From an uncultured Acidobacteriota bacterium (GTDB taxonomy: Bacteria > Acidobacteriota > Blastocatellia > RBC074), in the NCBI GenBank assembly GCA_963796275.1, contig CAWCKY010000003.1, forward strand, positions 1,280,001 through 1,344,000: DNA of 64,000 bases, in the 5' to 3' direction. The notes under the pieces are model-generated. The model was given only the letters and a program-made list of their open reading frames with translations, ran no database searches and was not told where the DNA came from. Positions 38,062-49,264 of the stretch are shown one piece after another; positions within the stretch are counted from its first letter, which is position 1, and every line of letters begins with the position of its first letter. Made by a program: the position numbers and the translations under genes.

Positions 38062-38537
38062 TTAGTTGATAGTTGATAGTGAGAATTCAGTTGTATGAGT
38101 AATAAATAAGTCAGAGCACTCCTGACTAAATTCTTTCTTTGGATGATTTTATTATCTCGGTCAATAGCCTCGAAACTTCTTCGCATTCGGTATGAAGAGA
38201 AACAAAGGTCGATTCATCGAGATAGTTTGTATCCCAAAGTAGTTCGAGCCAGTACGCAGTCTCGGTACTTTCTTTTAAAGCAATACACATTTTATGGATA
38301 AAATCTGCCTTCGACTCCGCTTGCATAGCCTCTCTTATGTTGGCTCCTACCGAAGTCCCTGATTTGAGTATTTGTTTGCTGAGGACATACTCCTTTCTCT
38401 GTTCGGAAGTCGCTTGTAAAGTTCTACGATCTTAATAGCGAGTAAATAAGATTTAGATTTAATTGGACTTTTTTCATTGTGCCTCCTCCTCGGTTTGAGG
38501 GGTGGCCGACAATCGGTAACTATCAACTATCAACTAA
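38062..38537. mobile_element. Intervening element with perfect 19-bp inverted termini of (TAGTTGA)n
   Basis: TTAGTTGATAGTTGATAGT (38062-38080) and ACTATCAACTATCAACTAA (38519-38537); AT-rich interior; mobility itself is inferred. Confidence 0.7.
38126..38477 (-). pseudogene. Four-helix-bundle (23S rRNA IVS / bAvd-like) protein with two frameshifts
   Basis: Across three frames: MK/KSPIKSKSYLLAIKIVELYK/TSEQRKEYVLSKQILKSGTSVGANIREAMQAESKADFIHKMCIALKESTETAYWLELL; GAGGAGG RBS. Confidence 0.88.
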
Positions 38538-39824
38538 CCTGATTGTTGTCGAGCGCGCGTGCGCATCGAATCCTTCGGCGCGGGCGAGCCGATCGATGGA
38601 CTGTGCCGTGCGGTTCAACTCAGCCTGCGTGTAACGAATGATGCTCGTCCGTTTCAGAAAATCATAAACGCCGAGGGCCGATGAGAACCGCGCCGTGCCG
38701 CCGGTCGGCAGGACGTGGTTGGTTCCGGCGAAATAATCTCCCACGGATTCCGGGGAATATGGGCCGATAAAGATCGCGCCGGCGTTGCGTAATTTGGCGG
38801 CAATCGCCTCGCTGTCGGCCGTCATGACTTCTATATGTTCAGGCGCCAGGCTGTCGGCGAGCACACACGCGTCGGCCAACGACTCGACGACGATCAACGC
38901 GCCGAACTCTGCCAGCGATCGTTCGATGATCTCGCGACGCGATAGGGATTTAGTCTGCTTAATGATTTCACGATGGACTTCGACTGCTAATTTTATGCTG
39001 GTAGTGATCAATATGGCAGCGGCATCTTCCGAATGTTCGGCTTGCGAAAGGAGATCCGCCGCAACGAAATCAGCCCTCGCCGTGTCATCGGCGATGATGA
39101 CTATCTCGCTCGGACCCGCGATGGAGTCGATATCTACGGCGCCGAATACGAGTTTTTTGGCGGCAGCGACATATTGATTTCCCGGCCCGACGATCTTGTC
39201 CACCCGCGGGATCGTCTCTGTGCCGCAGGCGAGTGCGGCGATCGCCTGCGCGCCGCCGATTGTGTAGACTTCGTAGATCTCGAGCTCTTTGAGCATAGCG
39301 GCGATGACGGGGTTTTTACTGAATTGTGCCGGCGGGGTGACCACGATGATGCGTTCGACTCCTGCAACCTGCGCCGGGACGGCGTTCATCATCACAGTCG
39401 AAGGGTATGCGGCGCTTCCGCCGGGTACATATAATCCGACCGTCTCCAGCGGTCGAATGCGCTGGCCGAGGCGCACGCCGTTAGCCCCCTCGATCTCCCA
39501 ATCACGCAGTAGTTGCCGCTCGTGGAAGTAACGGATGTTCGAAATGGCCTCGCGCATCGCTTCGATGAGTCCTTGTTCGACCTGGGCGGATAGTTCTTCG
39601 ATCAACTCTTGATCGACGCGCAACGACTTGGCTGTCACCGCAACTCCGTCAAAACGGGCGGTATACTCGATTAAGGCTTGGTCGCCGCGCGTGGCGACAT
39701 CGCGAACGATGGCTTCTGCCTGAGCCAGAGTTTCGTGGTTCAAGCCTGACCCGCGGCTCAGGATGCGTTGTATTTTTTCGTGATCACCGGGGCGAGAACC
39801 GAGCAGTTTGATGATTTCGATCAT
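38523..39824 (-). CDS. hisD: Histidinol dehydrogenase
   Basis: GLYVPGG, GPGNQYV, AGPSE, SQAEH, APEH, GDY.AGTNHVLPT. Confidence 0.97.
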   Translation of the reverse strand: MIEIIKLLGSRPGDHEKIQRILSRGSGLNHETLAQAEAIVRDVATRGDQALIEYTARFDGVAVTAKSLRVDQELIEELSAQVEQGLIEAMREAISNIRYFHERQLLRDWEIEGANGVRLGQRIRPLETVGLYVPGGSAAYPSTVMMNAVPAQVAGVERIIVVTPPAQFSKNPVIAAMLKELEIYEVYTIGGAQAIAALACGTETIPRVDKIVGPGNQYVAAAKKLVFGAVDIDSIAGPSEIVIIADDTARADFVAADLLSQAEHSEDAAAILITTSIKLAVEVHREIIKQTKSLSRREIIERSLAEFGALIVVESLADACVLADSLAPEHIEVMTADSEAIAAKLRNAGAIFIGPYSPESVGDYFAGTNHVLPTGGTARFSSALGVYDFLKRTSIIRYTQAELNRTAQSIDRLARAEGFDAHARSTTIRLVDS

Positions 39825-40486
39825 GAACTTCTCTCTTTTACCTGCAATACCTCTGTCATCTCGGCGATCAAAGCGCCTACCTCTACGCGCTTAAGATGAA
39901 AGCTCGCGCGATTGACGATTAGACGCGCGGTCGATTCTGTAATGACATCGATCACTTCCAGTCCGTTTTCTTTGAGCGTTCTGCCTGTCTCGACGAGGTC
40001 GACGATTCGCTCGGATAGTCCGAGCAGAGGCGCCAGCTCGACCGAGCCAGAGAGCGTTATGACGTCAATCGGCACACCGCGTGCGTGAAAATATTCGGTT
40101 GCGATGCGCGGATATTTGGTCGCCACGCGCACGGTTGCGAGCAGATTGTAGTCCTGACCCAGGACTTCCCGCTTACCAGCGACGGCAATCTTGCACCGGC
40201 CGATCCGCAGGTCGAGCGGCTCGTGGACACCGGCCCGCGATTCGAGCAGTACGTCACGCCCGCATACGCCCACATCGGCCACGCCGTATTCGACGTAGGT
40301 CGGTACATCCGACGGTTTGACGAAGACGAAGTCGAAACGCCCATCGGTCGAATTGAGCAACAGTTTGCGCGAGTTCAACTCGCTTTCGGCAACGATGATC
40401 CCAGCACGCGCGAAGAGCGCGAGCGCGTCGTCCTGCAGGCGGCCCTTCGAGAGCGCTATAGTTAACCTGTCGTGATTAAGGCTCAA
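39821..40486 (-). CDS. hisG: ATP phosphoribosyltransferase, short form
   Basis: IALSKGR, DVPTYVEYG, VATKYP, GSVELAP, DLVETGRTL. Confidence 0.96.
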   Translation of the reverse strand: MSLNHDRLTIALSKGRLQDDALALFARAGIIVAESELNSRKLLLNSTDGRFDFVFVKPSDVPTYVEYGVADVGVCGRDVLLESRAGVHEPLDLRIGRCKIAVAGKREVLGQDYNLLATVRVATKYPRIATEYFHARGVPIDVITLSGSVELAPLLGLSERIVDLVETGRTLKENGLEVIDVITESTARLIVNRASFHLKRVEVGALIAEMTEVLQVKERSS

Positions 40487-41591
40487 CGATCTTGACCCTC
40501 TCGCCCTGTAAACGCAAATTACGGGCTATATTGAATGCACGCACGAGATTTTCGCCTGATTCGACGTGTTGCGTCGGTTCCGCGCCGCTCCCATTCGATT
40601 GCGGAAAACGATGCGAGACGGCGCCCGCCAATCCGTCTAAAGCGAACGAGAATCCGACTGCCGGCTCGGGCGCGCCGAAATTACCGATTAAATTGTCATA
40701 GCGGCCGCCGCTGCCTACCTCCACGCTCCATCCCGGCACGTATACTTTGAATGTCAATCCGGTGTAATACTCCAGGCCTCCGGCATCACCCAGGTCGACA
40801 TCGAAATTATCTTTCAGACCGAGTTCGGCCATGGTGGTAAAAATATCAGCGATCTGTTCGACTGCCGCGCGCGATCTTTCATCGATCAGTACCTCGCGCG
40901 CGCGGGCGATGGCGCTATCTTTGCCGGCGATCTGGGTCATTCGGCAGAAATCCAACCGTCGTGATTCTTCTATGTGCGGCGCAACATTTTTCAAAAATTC
41001 CGCCAGAGCCAGGCTGTTCCGGCGATCGATCAGCTCCCGCAGTTGCGCGCGGCCGGCCTCCTCGAGCTTGAGATGCTCGGCAACTCCATTGAAAAAATCG
41101 ACGTGCGAAAGCGCTATGCGGAAATCATCGAGCCCGAGCGCGTTCAATACTTCGGCCGCGATGAGCAATATTTCGATATCGGCCACGATTACCGGCTGTC
41201 CAATGTGCTCAACGCCGAGCTGGTGGAACTCGCGCGCTGATCGTTCGGTCGGTTCGTCGTAGCGGAAGACCTCGCCGGAATAGCAGATCCGCAGCGGGCG
41301 CTTCTTGTCTTTGAATCGCGTAGCCACCGTGCGGGCAACTAGCGAGGTCAACTCCGGACGCAACGCGAGCAGCGCGCCGTCCCGATCGACTAAGCGATAG
41401 GTGCGAGCGGCTTTCTCTTCACCCATCCCGCGCGCGAAGAGGTCGTGGTAATCGAAGATCGGGAGAATGATCTCGTCGTATGACCAGCCCGCGAAAACTT
41501 CCATCGCGCGCCGTTCGATATAACGGCGCAGTCTGACCTCGTCGTCAAAAAAGTACTGCACGCCGGACGGGATTTTGGTGAGTGATGACAT
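40476..41591 (-). CDS. hisZ: ATP phosphoribosyltransferase regulatory subunit
   Basis: HisRS-like LALRPELT, REFHQLGVE, YYTGL.F, GGRYD; next to short hisG. Confidence 0.93.
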   Translation of the reverse strand: MSSLTKIPSGVQYFFDDEVRLRRYIERRAMEVFAGWSYDEIILPIFDYHDLFARGMGEEKAARTYRLVDRDGALLALRPELTSLVARTVATRFKDKKRPLRICYSGEVFRYDEPTERSAREFHQLGVEHIGQPVIVADIEILLIAAEVLNALGLDDFRIALSHVDFFNGVAEHLKLEEAGRAQLRELIDRRNSLALAEFLKNVAPHIEESRRLDFCRMTQIAGKDSAIARAREVLIDERSRAAVEQIADIFTTMAELGLKDNFDVDLGDAGGLEYYTGLTFKVYVPGWSVEVGSGGRYDNLIGNFGAPEPAVGFSFALDGLAGAVSHRFPQSNGSGAEPTQHVESGENLVRAFNIARNLRLQGERVKIVEP

Positions 41592-41668
41592 AATTTAATT
41601 CAAGCGGATATCATATCTCGCTTTCGGCCAGGTGCCAAAACGCAAAATTCCCGCAACCATCATATCTT

Positions 41669-42613
41669 TTATCTATATTGCCGCCCGCGGCTGTCCGTTT
41701 TTACCTCGATCGCGCGCGACGGAACACCGCACGCCGCGAGCCTCGCTTTCATCTCTTCACCGATCATCCCGCAATTTTCGGTGGCGAACGCGATGAGCGT
41801 CGATCCGGCGCCGCTGATCGCTACACCCAGCAGACCAGGGTATTTGACGGCTTCGTCATTTAGTTGCAGAACCTCGCTCAATCCTCGTGTGACCGGCGCG
41901 CGGTAAGGCTGATGCAGGCGATCGCGCAGCGCTTCATTGAATAGATCGTAGCGGCCTTCCGCAAGAACGGCCTGCAGCAATGCGCCGCGCTGCAGATTGT
42001 AGATCGCGTCGTGACGCGTCACCATCTGCGGTAGGACCGCCCGCATCTTTGCCGTCTCCATTTCGAACTCGGGGATGCAAAGGACGATCTTGATCGCATC
42101 AGGCCACGGTCGCTTGACTGCGATCAGCGAGCGGCGTTCCGAACCAGAATAGTCGATAAATTCTTTGACCACGGCTACGACCAATCCCCCGAGCATGCTC
42201 GGCGCAAGGTTGTCGCCGTGTCCTTCGAAATGGAGCGCATATTCGAAGAAGTCTTCTTGCTCCAACCGGTCGCCGGTCAGCGCTTCGTAGACCGAAATGC
42301 CGGCGATGATTGCCGCACTGCTGCTGCCCAATCCGCGTGAGAGCGGGATCTGGCTATCAACCCGCAAACGCGCGCCGGGCAGAGTGTTTTCCTTACTTTT
42401 TATAGCAGCAACGTAGCGTGCCGAGCGAAAAATCAGATTCGATTCATCTCGGGAAACCTTTTCCGCGCCTTCTCCGCTGGGATTGATAACGAATCCGTGA
42501 GTTTGCGGCTCGACCTCGACGCGCAGATAGAGCGAGAGCGCGAGGCCGCAGGTATCGAAACTGGCCCCTAGATTTGAAGTGGAGGCGGGAACTATGATTT
42601 CTGACTTAGCCAT
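41669..42613 (-). CDS. thrB: Homoserine kinase
   Basis: [39 protein letters not shown]. Confidence 0.93.
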   Translation of the reverse strand: MAKSEIIVPASTSNLGASFDTCGLALSLYLRVEVEPQTHGFVINPSGEGAEKVSRDESNLIFRSARYVAAIKSKENTLPGARLRVDSQIPLSRGLGSSSAAIIAGISVYEALTGDRLEQEDFFEYALHFEGHGDNLAPSMLGGLVVAVVKEFIDYSGSERRSLIAVKRPWPDAIKIVLCIPEFEMETAKMRAVLPQMVTRHDAIYNLQRGALLQAVLAEGRYDLFNEALRDRLHQPYRAPVTRGLSEVLQLNDEAVKYPGLLGVAISGAGSTLIAFATENCGMIGEEMKARLAACGVPSRAIEVKTDSRGRQYR

Positions 42614-42723
42614 TTATGATTGCTGATTGCGGATAGCTTCCCCAAAAAACACGGAAAATACGGAATCACAAAATGCGCTTCGTTTTTTAACCGTCATTCT
42701 TATCACTTTTTGTGGCAAGTCTC

Positions 42724-43752
42724 TCAAGCACCGATGAATCGTGCATATAAAGACCGGGCAAAATTCGGGTCGTCCGTCCCTTTGATGATGCACCGGGCAT
42801 CGGAGAAGAGTGTCATCTCGTATTCTCCCGAGGTGAACTTCAGCAAATAGCGATTGTAACTCACTTCGCCCGCAGCGCGCAGACGTTCGGCGAGCTCTGC
42901 GAAATCGACCTTTACACTCGCAGGCGGCGTGACCTGCACCGCATTGCGACCGCAAAGCGTTGTGGTGAGTTGTCGTGAGCGGGCCGTGAGGAAATCATAA
43001 TGGCCGTCCATGCAGGTGCGGCAAATATCCGGTCCGCGGAAATTTTCAATGTTTAGCCTGGTAAACCTGTTCTCCCATAAATCGAATTGGAGAAGCGACC
43101 CGTGGAGCTTTTCGATGTGGCCTGCGAGGAGCTTCAGGGCTTCGGAGACCTGATATGAGGCGACGGCGGCAATCACGGGCAGAATAACTCCGGCTGTGTC
43201 GCAGGTTGGAGAAGAGCCCGGCGCGGGTAATTCGGGGAAGAGGCAGCGCAGGCATGGGGTTTCGTGCGGGCGAATTGTCATTTGCAGGCCATAAGCCCCG
43301 ACTGCTGCGCCGTAGACCCACGGCTTTTTCAGTTTCACCGCCGCATCGTTAATGAGGAAGCGGGTTTCGAAATTATCGGATCCGTCGAGGACAATATCGG
43401 TATCGACGATCAGATCTTCGACGTTCGAGTAATCCACATCTTTGACTATCGCTTCGGCCTTGATTTCGGAATTGATGCGATTGATACGCGCTTCGGCGGC
43501 GACCGCTTTGGGCAATCTTTCGATAACATCCCTCTCTTCAAACATGATCTGGCGTTGGAGGTTGGACTCTTCAATGAAGTCACGGTCAATTAACCGCAGG
43601 CGGCCGACCCCGGCGCGGGCCAGCATCTCGGCCTGCATCGCCCCGAGCGCGCCACATCCAATAATTGTCGCGTGAGAGTCTGCGAGTCGTTTCTGACCTT
43701 CTCTGCCAATGCCTGAGAAGAGTGTCTGGCGGGAATATCGTTCGAGATTCAT
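42724..43752 (-). CDS. ThiF/MoeB-family adenylyltransferase
   Basis: [40 protein letters not shown]. Confidence 0.92.
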   Translation of the reverse strand: MNLERYSRQTLFSGIGREGQKRLADSHATIIGCGALGAMQAEMLARAGVGRLRLIDRDFIEESNLQRQIMFEERDVIERLPKAVAAEARINRINSEIKAEAIVKDVDYSNVEDLIVDTDIVLDGSDNFETRFLINDAAVKLKKPWVYGAAVGAYGLQMTIRPHETPCLRCLFPELPAPGSSPTCDTAGVILPVIAAVASYQVSEALKLLAGHIEKLHGSLLQFDLWENRFTRLNIENFRGPDICRTCMDGHYDFLTARSRQLTTTLCGRNAVQVTPPASVKVDFAELAERLRAAGEVSYNRYLLKFTSGEYEMTLFSDARCIIKGTDDPNFARSLYARFIGA

Positions 43753-43776
43753 CTTCCGCTAACGGGTCTGGAAGAA

Positions 43777-43862
43777 AGAGCGAGGGATCGGGAGAGTGAG
43801 ACAGGAGAACTGGAGGAATTCTGTTTAATTCCTCGCTCTCTCCCCACTCTCCCGCATCTTCC
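43777..43862. repeat. Inverted arrays of ~8-nt purine-rich / pyrimidine-rich units
   Basis: agagcgagggatcgggagagtgagacaggag ... ctcgctctctccccactctcccgcatcttcc. Confidence 0.55.
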
Positions 43863-44523
43863 TTACTGGGTTGTTTTGATCAAGACCTCGGTTCCAACCG
43901 GCAGTTTAACCTGTTTGCTGCCCGTAATGACCTTTGAGCCTGCTCCTGCGCCACCGCCGACGACTGCGCCGATTGCGGCTCCCTTGCCGCCGCCGGCAAT
44001 GCCGCCGATAATCGCGCCAAGTGCCGCGCCGCCACCCGTACGAACAGCCGTATCCTTACCCTGGCTGCCGCTCTTGACGTTCCCTTCTTCATCGACCTCC
44101 TTGGCCGATTTTTCGTCGTAGATTGTAACGACTTGTGCGGCTAACGGGATCGTCCGGCCACTGGTGAGCTGTATCTTGTCGAATGTCAGTGAAAGCTGTG
44201 TCTGACCTTTTACCTTGCCCGATTGATTGATCTGCGCTATATGACCCTCAACCGTTGAGTCCATATATTTATCCGGTGATAACACGATGGCCGTGAATGT
44301 GTCACCGTTTTTCGCTTTTTTCGTGTCGATCTCATTCTCCAGACGAATCTTCATCTCCGTTCCGACCGGTACACGAGGAGCACGCTGCGCGGATGAGCTG
44401 GACTTTTTCGTGCTCGATTTTTTACTCGTCGTCTGCGCATATGAGGATGCACCGGATAAGGCGATCATCAACGCGATGCCGAGCGTGAGTAAGCCGGTAT
44501 CTGGTAATTGCTTGAATTTTCAT
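43863..44523 (-). CDS. Exported VirB10/TrbI-like beta protein with glycine zipper; frameshift just after the start
   Basis: GAAGGAG RBS, ATG 44523; removing one A gives [29 protein letters not shown]; [30 protein letters not shown]. Confidence 0.75.
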
Positions 44524-45110
44524 GAACTTCACTCCTTCAGATTAACAACCCGCATTTTATTCTGCGGGATTTATGGGAGGAATTAGATCACCAGCTTAAC
44601 AAACAAATGGGAGCGTTGAAAGCAGGCGCCCGGTACATTGTTTCATCGAATTGTTGGCGATGCAGCGATAAGTGAGTTTACTAAGATAGACGCTGTTCAT
44701 ATAATCTCCATCATTTTGCATCGCATTAAAACTGTATGGAGATGGAGGCGCTGGGGAATAACTATTATGCTGGTAGATATGTTAGTACACCTGGCTGATT
44801 TCGTACTGGATGCTTTATTTGGCTGGCGTCTCATTTCTGGCAGCAGGTCAAAGCATCGTACTGAAATAACCGAAAAGAAGAAATCTGCGATGAGATAGGT
44901 GAACCCTCGGGATGATGGCCTATAAGAAAATCGGGCGCGACACTCTCAAGCTGGCCGGGTGGAAAACAGAGCTCCGAGACTCGCTTCAGGATCAGAGCAT
45001 CGGGAAACTGAAAGAAGTAATTTTCGGCGGGAAAGTCTCCAATTAAGCGTGATTTTTAGGCGTTCACCTGCTACTCACGCACCACCAAGTGAAAGTGATA
45101 TTTGATCTAA

Positions 45111-46206
45111 ATGACTGTTAGCACATTGTTTAAGCCAGAGAATCTTCTCAATTTGTTATTGATCTTCGTTCCGACTGCCGTTGTGCTCGAATTGACTCAT
45201 GCCAATCCGATAGCAATTTTCATCACCTCAGCGCTCGCGATAATCCCGCTGGCCGGATGGATGGGACGAGCCACCGAACATCTGGCTGAAAAGCTGGGTC
45301 AGGGAATTGGCGGCTTGCTCAACGCCACTTTTGGCAATGCCGCTGAGTTGATCATCGCTATGATGGCTCTGAGGAGAGGGTTATTCGATGTAGTCAAAGC
45401 CTCGATTACCGGCTCGATCATCGGAAATGTCCTGCTCGTTCTCGGTCTGGCCATTGTCCTGGGCGGGGTGAAATATCCGAAGCAGGTTTTCAACCGAACG
45501 GCGGCGACGCTCGGGTCGACGCTGCTGGTGTTGTCGGCTATCGGACTTCTCATGCCCGCCGTATTCCATCTTCTGGTGAAAGATAAACCCGGAGTTCACG
45601 AACAGGACCTCAGCCTGGAGATCGCCGTCGTACTGTTCATCACCTATATCCTGAGCCTAATCTTCACCCTCCGCACCCATCATCATCTATACTCCGGAGG
45701 CGTCGAATCCGTCGAGGGGCATACGGCTAGCACGACGGGAGGCTGGAGCAAGCCGCGATCGGTTATCGTCCTGTTGATAGCGACGGGCCTGGTGGCATTG
45801 ATGAGCGAATTTCTGGTGGGAGCGGTCGAAACGACTTCGGAGGCTTTAGGTCTGACCGAAGTCTTCGTCGGTGTTATTCTGGTCGCTATCATCGGTAATG
45901 CGGCCGAACATTCAACCGCTGTACTGGTGGCGATGAAGGATAAGATGGAATCTGGCGCTCAACATCGCCATCGGGTCGAGCATGCAGATAGCGCTTTTCG
46001 TTGCTCCCGTCCTGGTATTCATCAGTTACCTTTTTGGTAAGCCGATGGACCTGCTCTTTACGACCCTCGAAGTCGTGACCGTCGCCGTTTCAGTTGTGAT
46101 CGTCTCTCTTATCGCGCAGGATGGAGAAACTAACTGGATGGAGGGCGTTTTGCTATTGGCTGTCTATACGATTCTTGGGTTTACTTTTTATATGCTTCCG
46201 GTTTGA
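45111..46206 (+). CDS. Ca2+/H+ antiporter (CAX/ChaA family), frameshift at ~45950
   Basis: [19 protein letters not shown], then [10 protein letters not shown]...TNWMEG in another frame. Confidence 0.9.
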
Positions 46207-46224
46207 TAAGTCGACGGGGGCAGC

Positions 46225-46320
46225 GCGGATTGCTCACGGATACCATGGATCAGCCGGATTTTATCGAGTCTTCATCCGTGCCGATCCGCCGCATCCGCGA
46301 GTATCTGCGGTATATCTGCA
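46225..46320. repeat. Inverted arrays of ~9-nt units (CGGAT / ATCCG)
   Basis: gcggattgctcacggataccatggatcagccggat ... atccgtgccgatccgccgcatccgcgagtatctgc. Confidence 0.65.
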
Positions 46321-46350
46321 CTGATCTTCTGTTTCGGTAAGTTTGCCCGT

Positions 46351-47526
46351 ATGAATAAAATTTCTCTCGGATTGGAATTATTGCTCGCCGAGCGCACGAA
46401 ATTGTTGAAAGGCTCACGTGTAGGTTTAATTTGCAATCCATCATCTGTTGATCATCGTTTCTCTCACGCTGCCGATCTTTTCCATTCACACCCTGACATT
46501 AATTTAACTGCACTTTTCGGCCCCCAGCACGGCATCCGCGGCGAAACCCAGGACAATATGATCGAGTGGGAGGGCTTCCGTGATCCGCGTACCGGTGTTA
46601 TGGCGTTTTCACTGTATGGCGTGGTTCGTGAGCCGACCGAAGAGATGCTGCGCGATGTCGATGTTTTGGTCTTCGATTTACAGGATGTCGGTACGCGCGT
46701 TTACACGTTCATCTATACGATGTCGCTGGCCATGCGTGCGGCCGCCAGAAGCGGCAAGCGAGTCGTAGTTCTCGACCGGCCCAATCCGATAGGCGGAGAA
46801 GCGATCGAGGGAAATCTCCTGGAACCGGGCTGCGAATCATTCGTCGGGCTGCATCCGTACTTGCCAATGCGGCACGGGATGACCGTAGCCGAACTCGCCC
46901 GAATGTTCAACGTTGAATTTGGGATCGGTTGTGACCTGGAAGTCGTGCCTATGAGCGGTTATCGGCGCGAGTTCTGGTTCAGCGATACCGACGCGCCCTG
47001 GGTGATTCCGTCGCCGAACATACCTACGGTCGAGACGGCGAAAGTCTACCCTGGAACGGTCATGGTTGAAGGGACGAGGATGAGCGAAGGGCGGGGAACT
47101 ACGCGGCCATTCGAGATCAACGGCGCGCCATATGTTTCCGCGCAAGATATGGCTGATGAATTAAATCGCATGAGTCTTCCCGGCGTCTATTTCCGGCCGC
47201 ACAGCTTCATTCCGACTTTTCAGAAACACGCGGGCGTGTTGTGTGGAGGAGTTCAGGTCCACGTGCTTGACCGCAACGCATTCAGACCGGTCATTACCGG
47301 CGTAACGTTGATCAAAACGGTTCGCGATCTTTACCCACAAGAGTTTCAATGGCAGGAGCCACCCTACGAATACGTCCTTGACCGGCTTCCATTCGATGTC
47401 ATTACAGGGACAACGCAGCTTCGCCGGCAGATAGAAGGCGGATCATCGATCGAGGATATTGCAAAGTTCTGGGAGGAGGGGGAGAATGACTTTAGCGCGA
47501 GGCGAACGACATATCTGCTTTATTGA
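46351..47526 (+). CDS. DUF1343 / NamZ-like exo-beta-N-acetylmuramidase
   Basis: [39 protein letters not shown]. Confidence 0.92.
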   Translation: MNKISLGLELLLAERTKLLKGSRVGLICNPSSVDHRFSHAADLFHSHPDINLTALFGPQHGIRGETQDNMIEWEGFRDPRTGVMAFSLYGVVREPTEEMLRDVDVLVFDLQDVGTRVYTFIYTMSLAMRAAARSGKRVVVLDRPNPIGGEAIEGNLLEPGCESFVGLHPYLPMRHGMTVAELARMFNVEFGIGCDLEVVPMSGYRREFWFSDTDAPWVIPSPNIPTVETAKVYPGTVMVEGTRMSEGRGTTRPFEINGAPYVSAQDMADELNRMSLPGVYFRPHSFIPTFQKHAGVLCGGVQVHVLDRNAFRPVITGVTLIKTVRDLYPQEFQWQEPPYEYVLDRLPFDVITGTTQLRRQIEGGSSIEDIAKFWEEGENDFSARRTTYLLY

Positions 47527-47541
47527 TTGTCGATAGATGGC

Positions 47542-48129
47542 ATGAAATCCTTATCCGAATACCTGATTGAGGCTGAGGCGAATCACGGTCATATGTGCCC
47601 GGGGCAGGTCCTCGGTGTACGGATGGCGATGCTCGGCTGCAGGCTGGTGGGAATCGATGAGCCCAAAACCGGTAAGCGGCTAATCGTTTTTGTGGAGATC
47701 GACCGCTGCGCAGCCGATGCGCTCAACACGGTAACCGGATGCCGTTTGGGCAGGCGCACGCTCAAGTACCGCGATTTCGGCAAGCTGGCGGCAACCTTCC
47801 TCGACACTGCGACCGAGGACGCCGTGCGGGTGGTTGCTCTCGAATCGTCACGAGAGCTGGCGAGGGAATGCTTCGGCCATCTGCCAACTAAGAAGGCGCA
47901 GCAGCTCGAAGCATACAAGACATTACCCGATGAGGAATTGTTCAGCTGGCAGCGTGTGCGTGTGCCTCTCGCAGAGGCAGATCGCCCCGGCCATCCGTTG
48001 ACGAGGGTGGCGTGCGAGATTTGCGGGGAAGGAATCAACGATCAGCGGGAAGTTTTGCGTGACGGAAAGATTTTATGCCGAGCGTGTGCGGGTGAAAAAT
48101 ACTATGAGGTAGTGGATGCCGGAATTTAG
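47542..48129 (+). CDS. FmdE-family protein with C-terminal C4 zinc finger
   Basis: [31 protein letters not shown]...CRAC. Confidence 0.9.
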   Translation: MKSLSEYLIEAEANHGHMCPGQVLGVRMAMLGCRLVGIDEPKTGKRLIVFVEIDRCAADALNTVTGCRLGRRTLKYRDFGKLAATFLDTATEDAVRVVALESSRELARECFGHLPTKKAQQLEAYKTLPDEELFSWQRVRVPLAEADRPGHPLTRVACEICGEGINDQREVLRDGKILCRACAGEKYYEVVDAGI

Positions 48130-48201
48130 TCGCAGAGAAACAGAGGGGAAATTAAGTGGGGGATTGCACCGCATAAAATTTTTACGCTAAGATTTCATGC
48201 G

Positions 48202-49158
48202 ATGATCAGTCACGCACATCACAATCATCATAACCACGGTAGTTCCCACGATCACGCCCACCATGTGCCCTTTCACCAGGTGCACGACCGTGGCTCATCA
48301 CAGAAATTGCTGCTCATCGTTCTCGCGATCACCTTTATTTACATGATTGCGGAAGCGATCGGGGGATATTTTGCCAACAGCCTGGCATTACTCTCCGATG
48401 CAGGGCATATGTTTACCGACGTAGCGGCCCTGGCGCTTTCCTTGCTTGCGGTGCGGTTTGCTTCACGACCCGCGACGCCGAGAAAGACCTATGGTTTTTA
48501 CCGCCTCGAGATACTCGCGGCGCTGGTGAATGGCGCATCTCTCATTGTGTTGTCGCTGCTCATCTGTTTCGAGGCATACCAGAGGCTGCGCCATTCCGAA
48601 GAAGTGAAGGGATGGACATTAATCCTGATCTCGAGCGGCGGGCTGATCGTCAATCTCATATCCGCGTACCTGCTCTCGAGAGGTCAGAGAGAGACGCTCA
48701 ACGTGCGGGGGGCATTCCTCCATGTTTTGGGCGACCTTCTGGGTTCGGTCGCTGCGATCGCAGCCGGCGTGCTCATCATCTGGCGCGGATGGAAATGGGC
48801 CGATCCCGTTTTCAGCGTCGTCATCAGCATCCTGATCATCTACAGCTCGTGGCGTCTGGTCGCCGACGCGGTCAATATACTGCTCGAAGGAACGCCCTCG
48901 CATATAAATATCGCTGCCGTCGAAGAGGCGATGCGCACGGTATCCGGCGTACGCGAAGTCCATGATTTGCACATCTGGACTATCACTTCGGGCCGTCACG
49001 CGGTGACGGTTCATGTAGTAGTAAACGATGCCGGCGAAAGTTATCGCATCCTGCGCGAGCTTCGCGAACTGCTGGCGCATCGTTTTGCGCTCTCTCATTC
49101 GACGATCCAGATCGAAGACCCTACCTTCGCGACCATGGTTAATTTCACAAGGAAATAA
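48202..49158 (+). CDS. Cation diffusion facilitator (CzcD/ZitB-like)
   Basis: His-rich N-terminus, [26 protein letters not shown]. Confidence 0.95.
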   Translation: MISHAHHNHHNHGSSHDHAHHVPFHQVHDRGSSQKLLLIVLAITFIYMIAEAIGGYFANSLALLSDAGHMFTDVAALALSLLAVRFASRPATPRKTYGFYRLEILAALVNGASLIVLSLLICFEAYQRLRHSEEVKGWTLILISSGGLIVNLISAYLLSRGQRETLNVRGAFLHVLGDLLGSVAAIAAGVLIIWRGWKWADPVFSVVISILIIYSSWRLVADAVNILLEGTPSHINIAAVEEAMRTVSGVREVHDLHIWTITSGRHAVTVHVVVNDAGESYRILRELRELLAHRFALSHSTIQIEDPTFATMVNFTRK

Positions 49159-49264
49159 CCATAACATTTATCATTTATCATTGTTCATTTATCATTTGTC
49201 ATTGAAAAACTCGGGCCCGGTTTTTCAATGACAAATGACAAATGAACAATGATAAATGTTATGG
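49159..49264. repeat. Near-perfect 45-bp inverted repeat of heptamers (TCATTTn / nAAATGA) between convergent genes
   Basis: 49159-49210 vs 49220-49264; left arm has one extra heptamer; right arm includes the neighbour's stop codon. Confidence 0.9.

Noticed and set aside
38126-38477. Diversity-generating retroelement (Avd-like gene)
   Set aside because: No reverse transcriptase or TR/VR pair in the window
42724-43752. Ubiquitin-like or RiPP system around the ThiF protein
   Set aside because: No adjacent sulfur carrier, E2, JAB or precursor peptide
44638-45046. Small ORFs 44638-44898 and 44912-45046 (MMAYKKIGRDTLKLAGWKTELRD...)
   Set aside because: No motif or convincing RBS; may be gene remnants but unsupported
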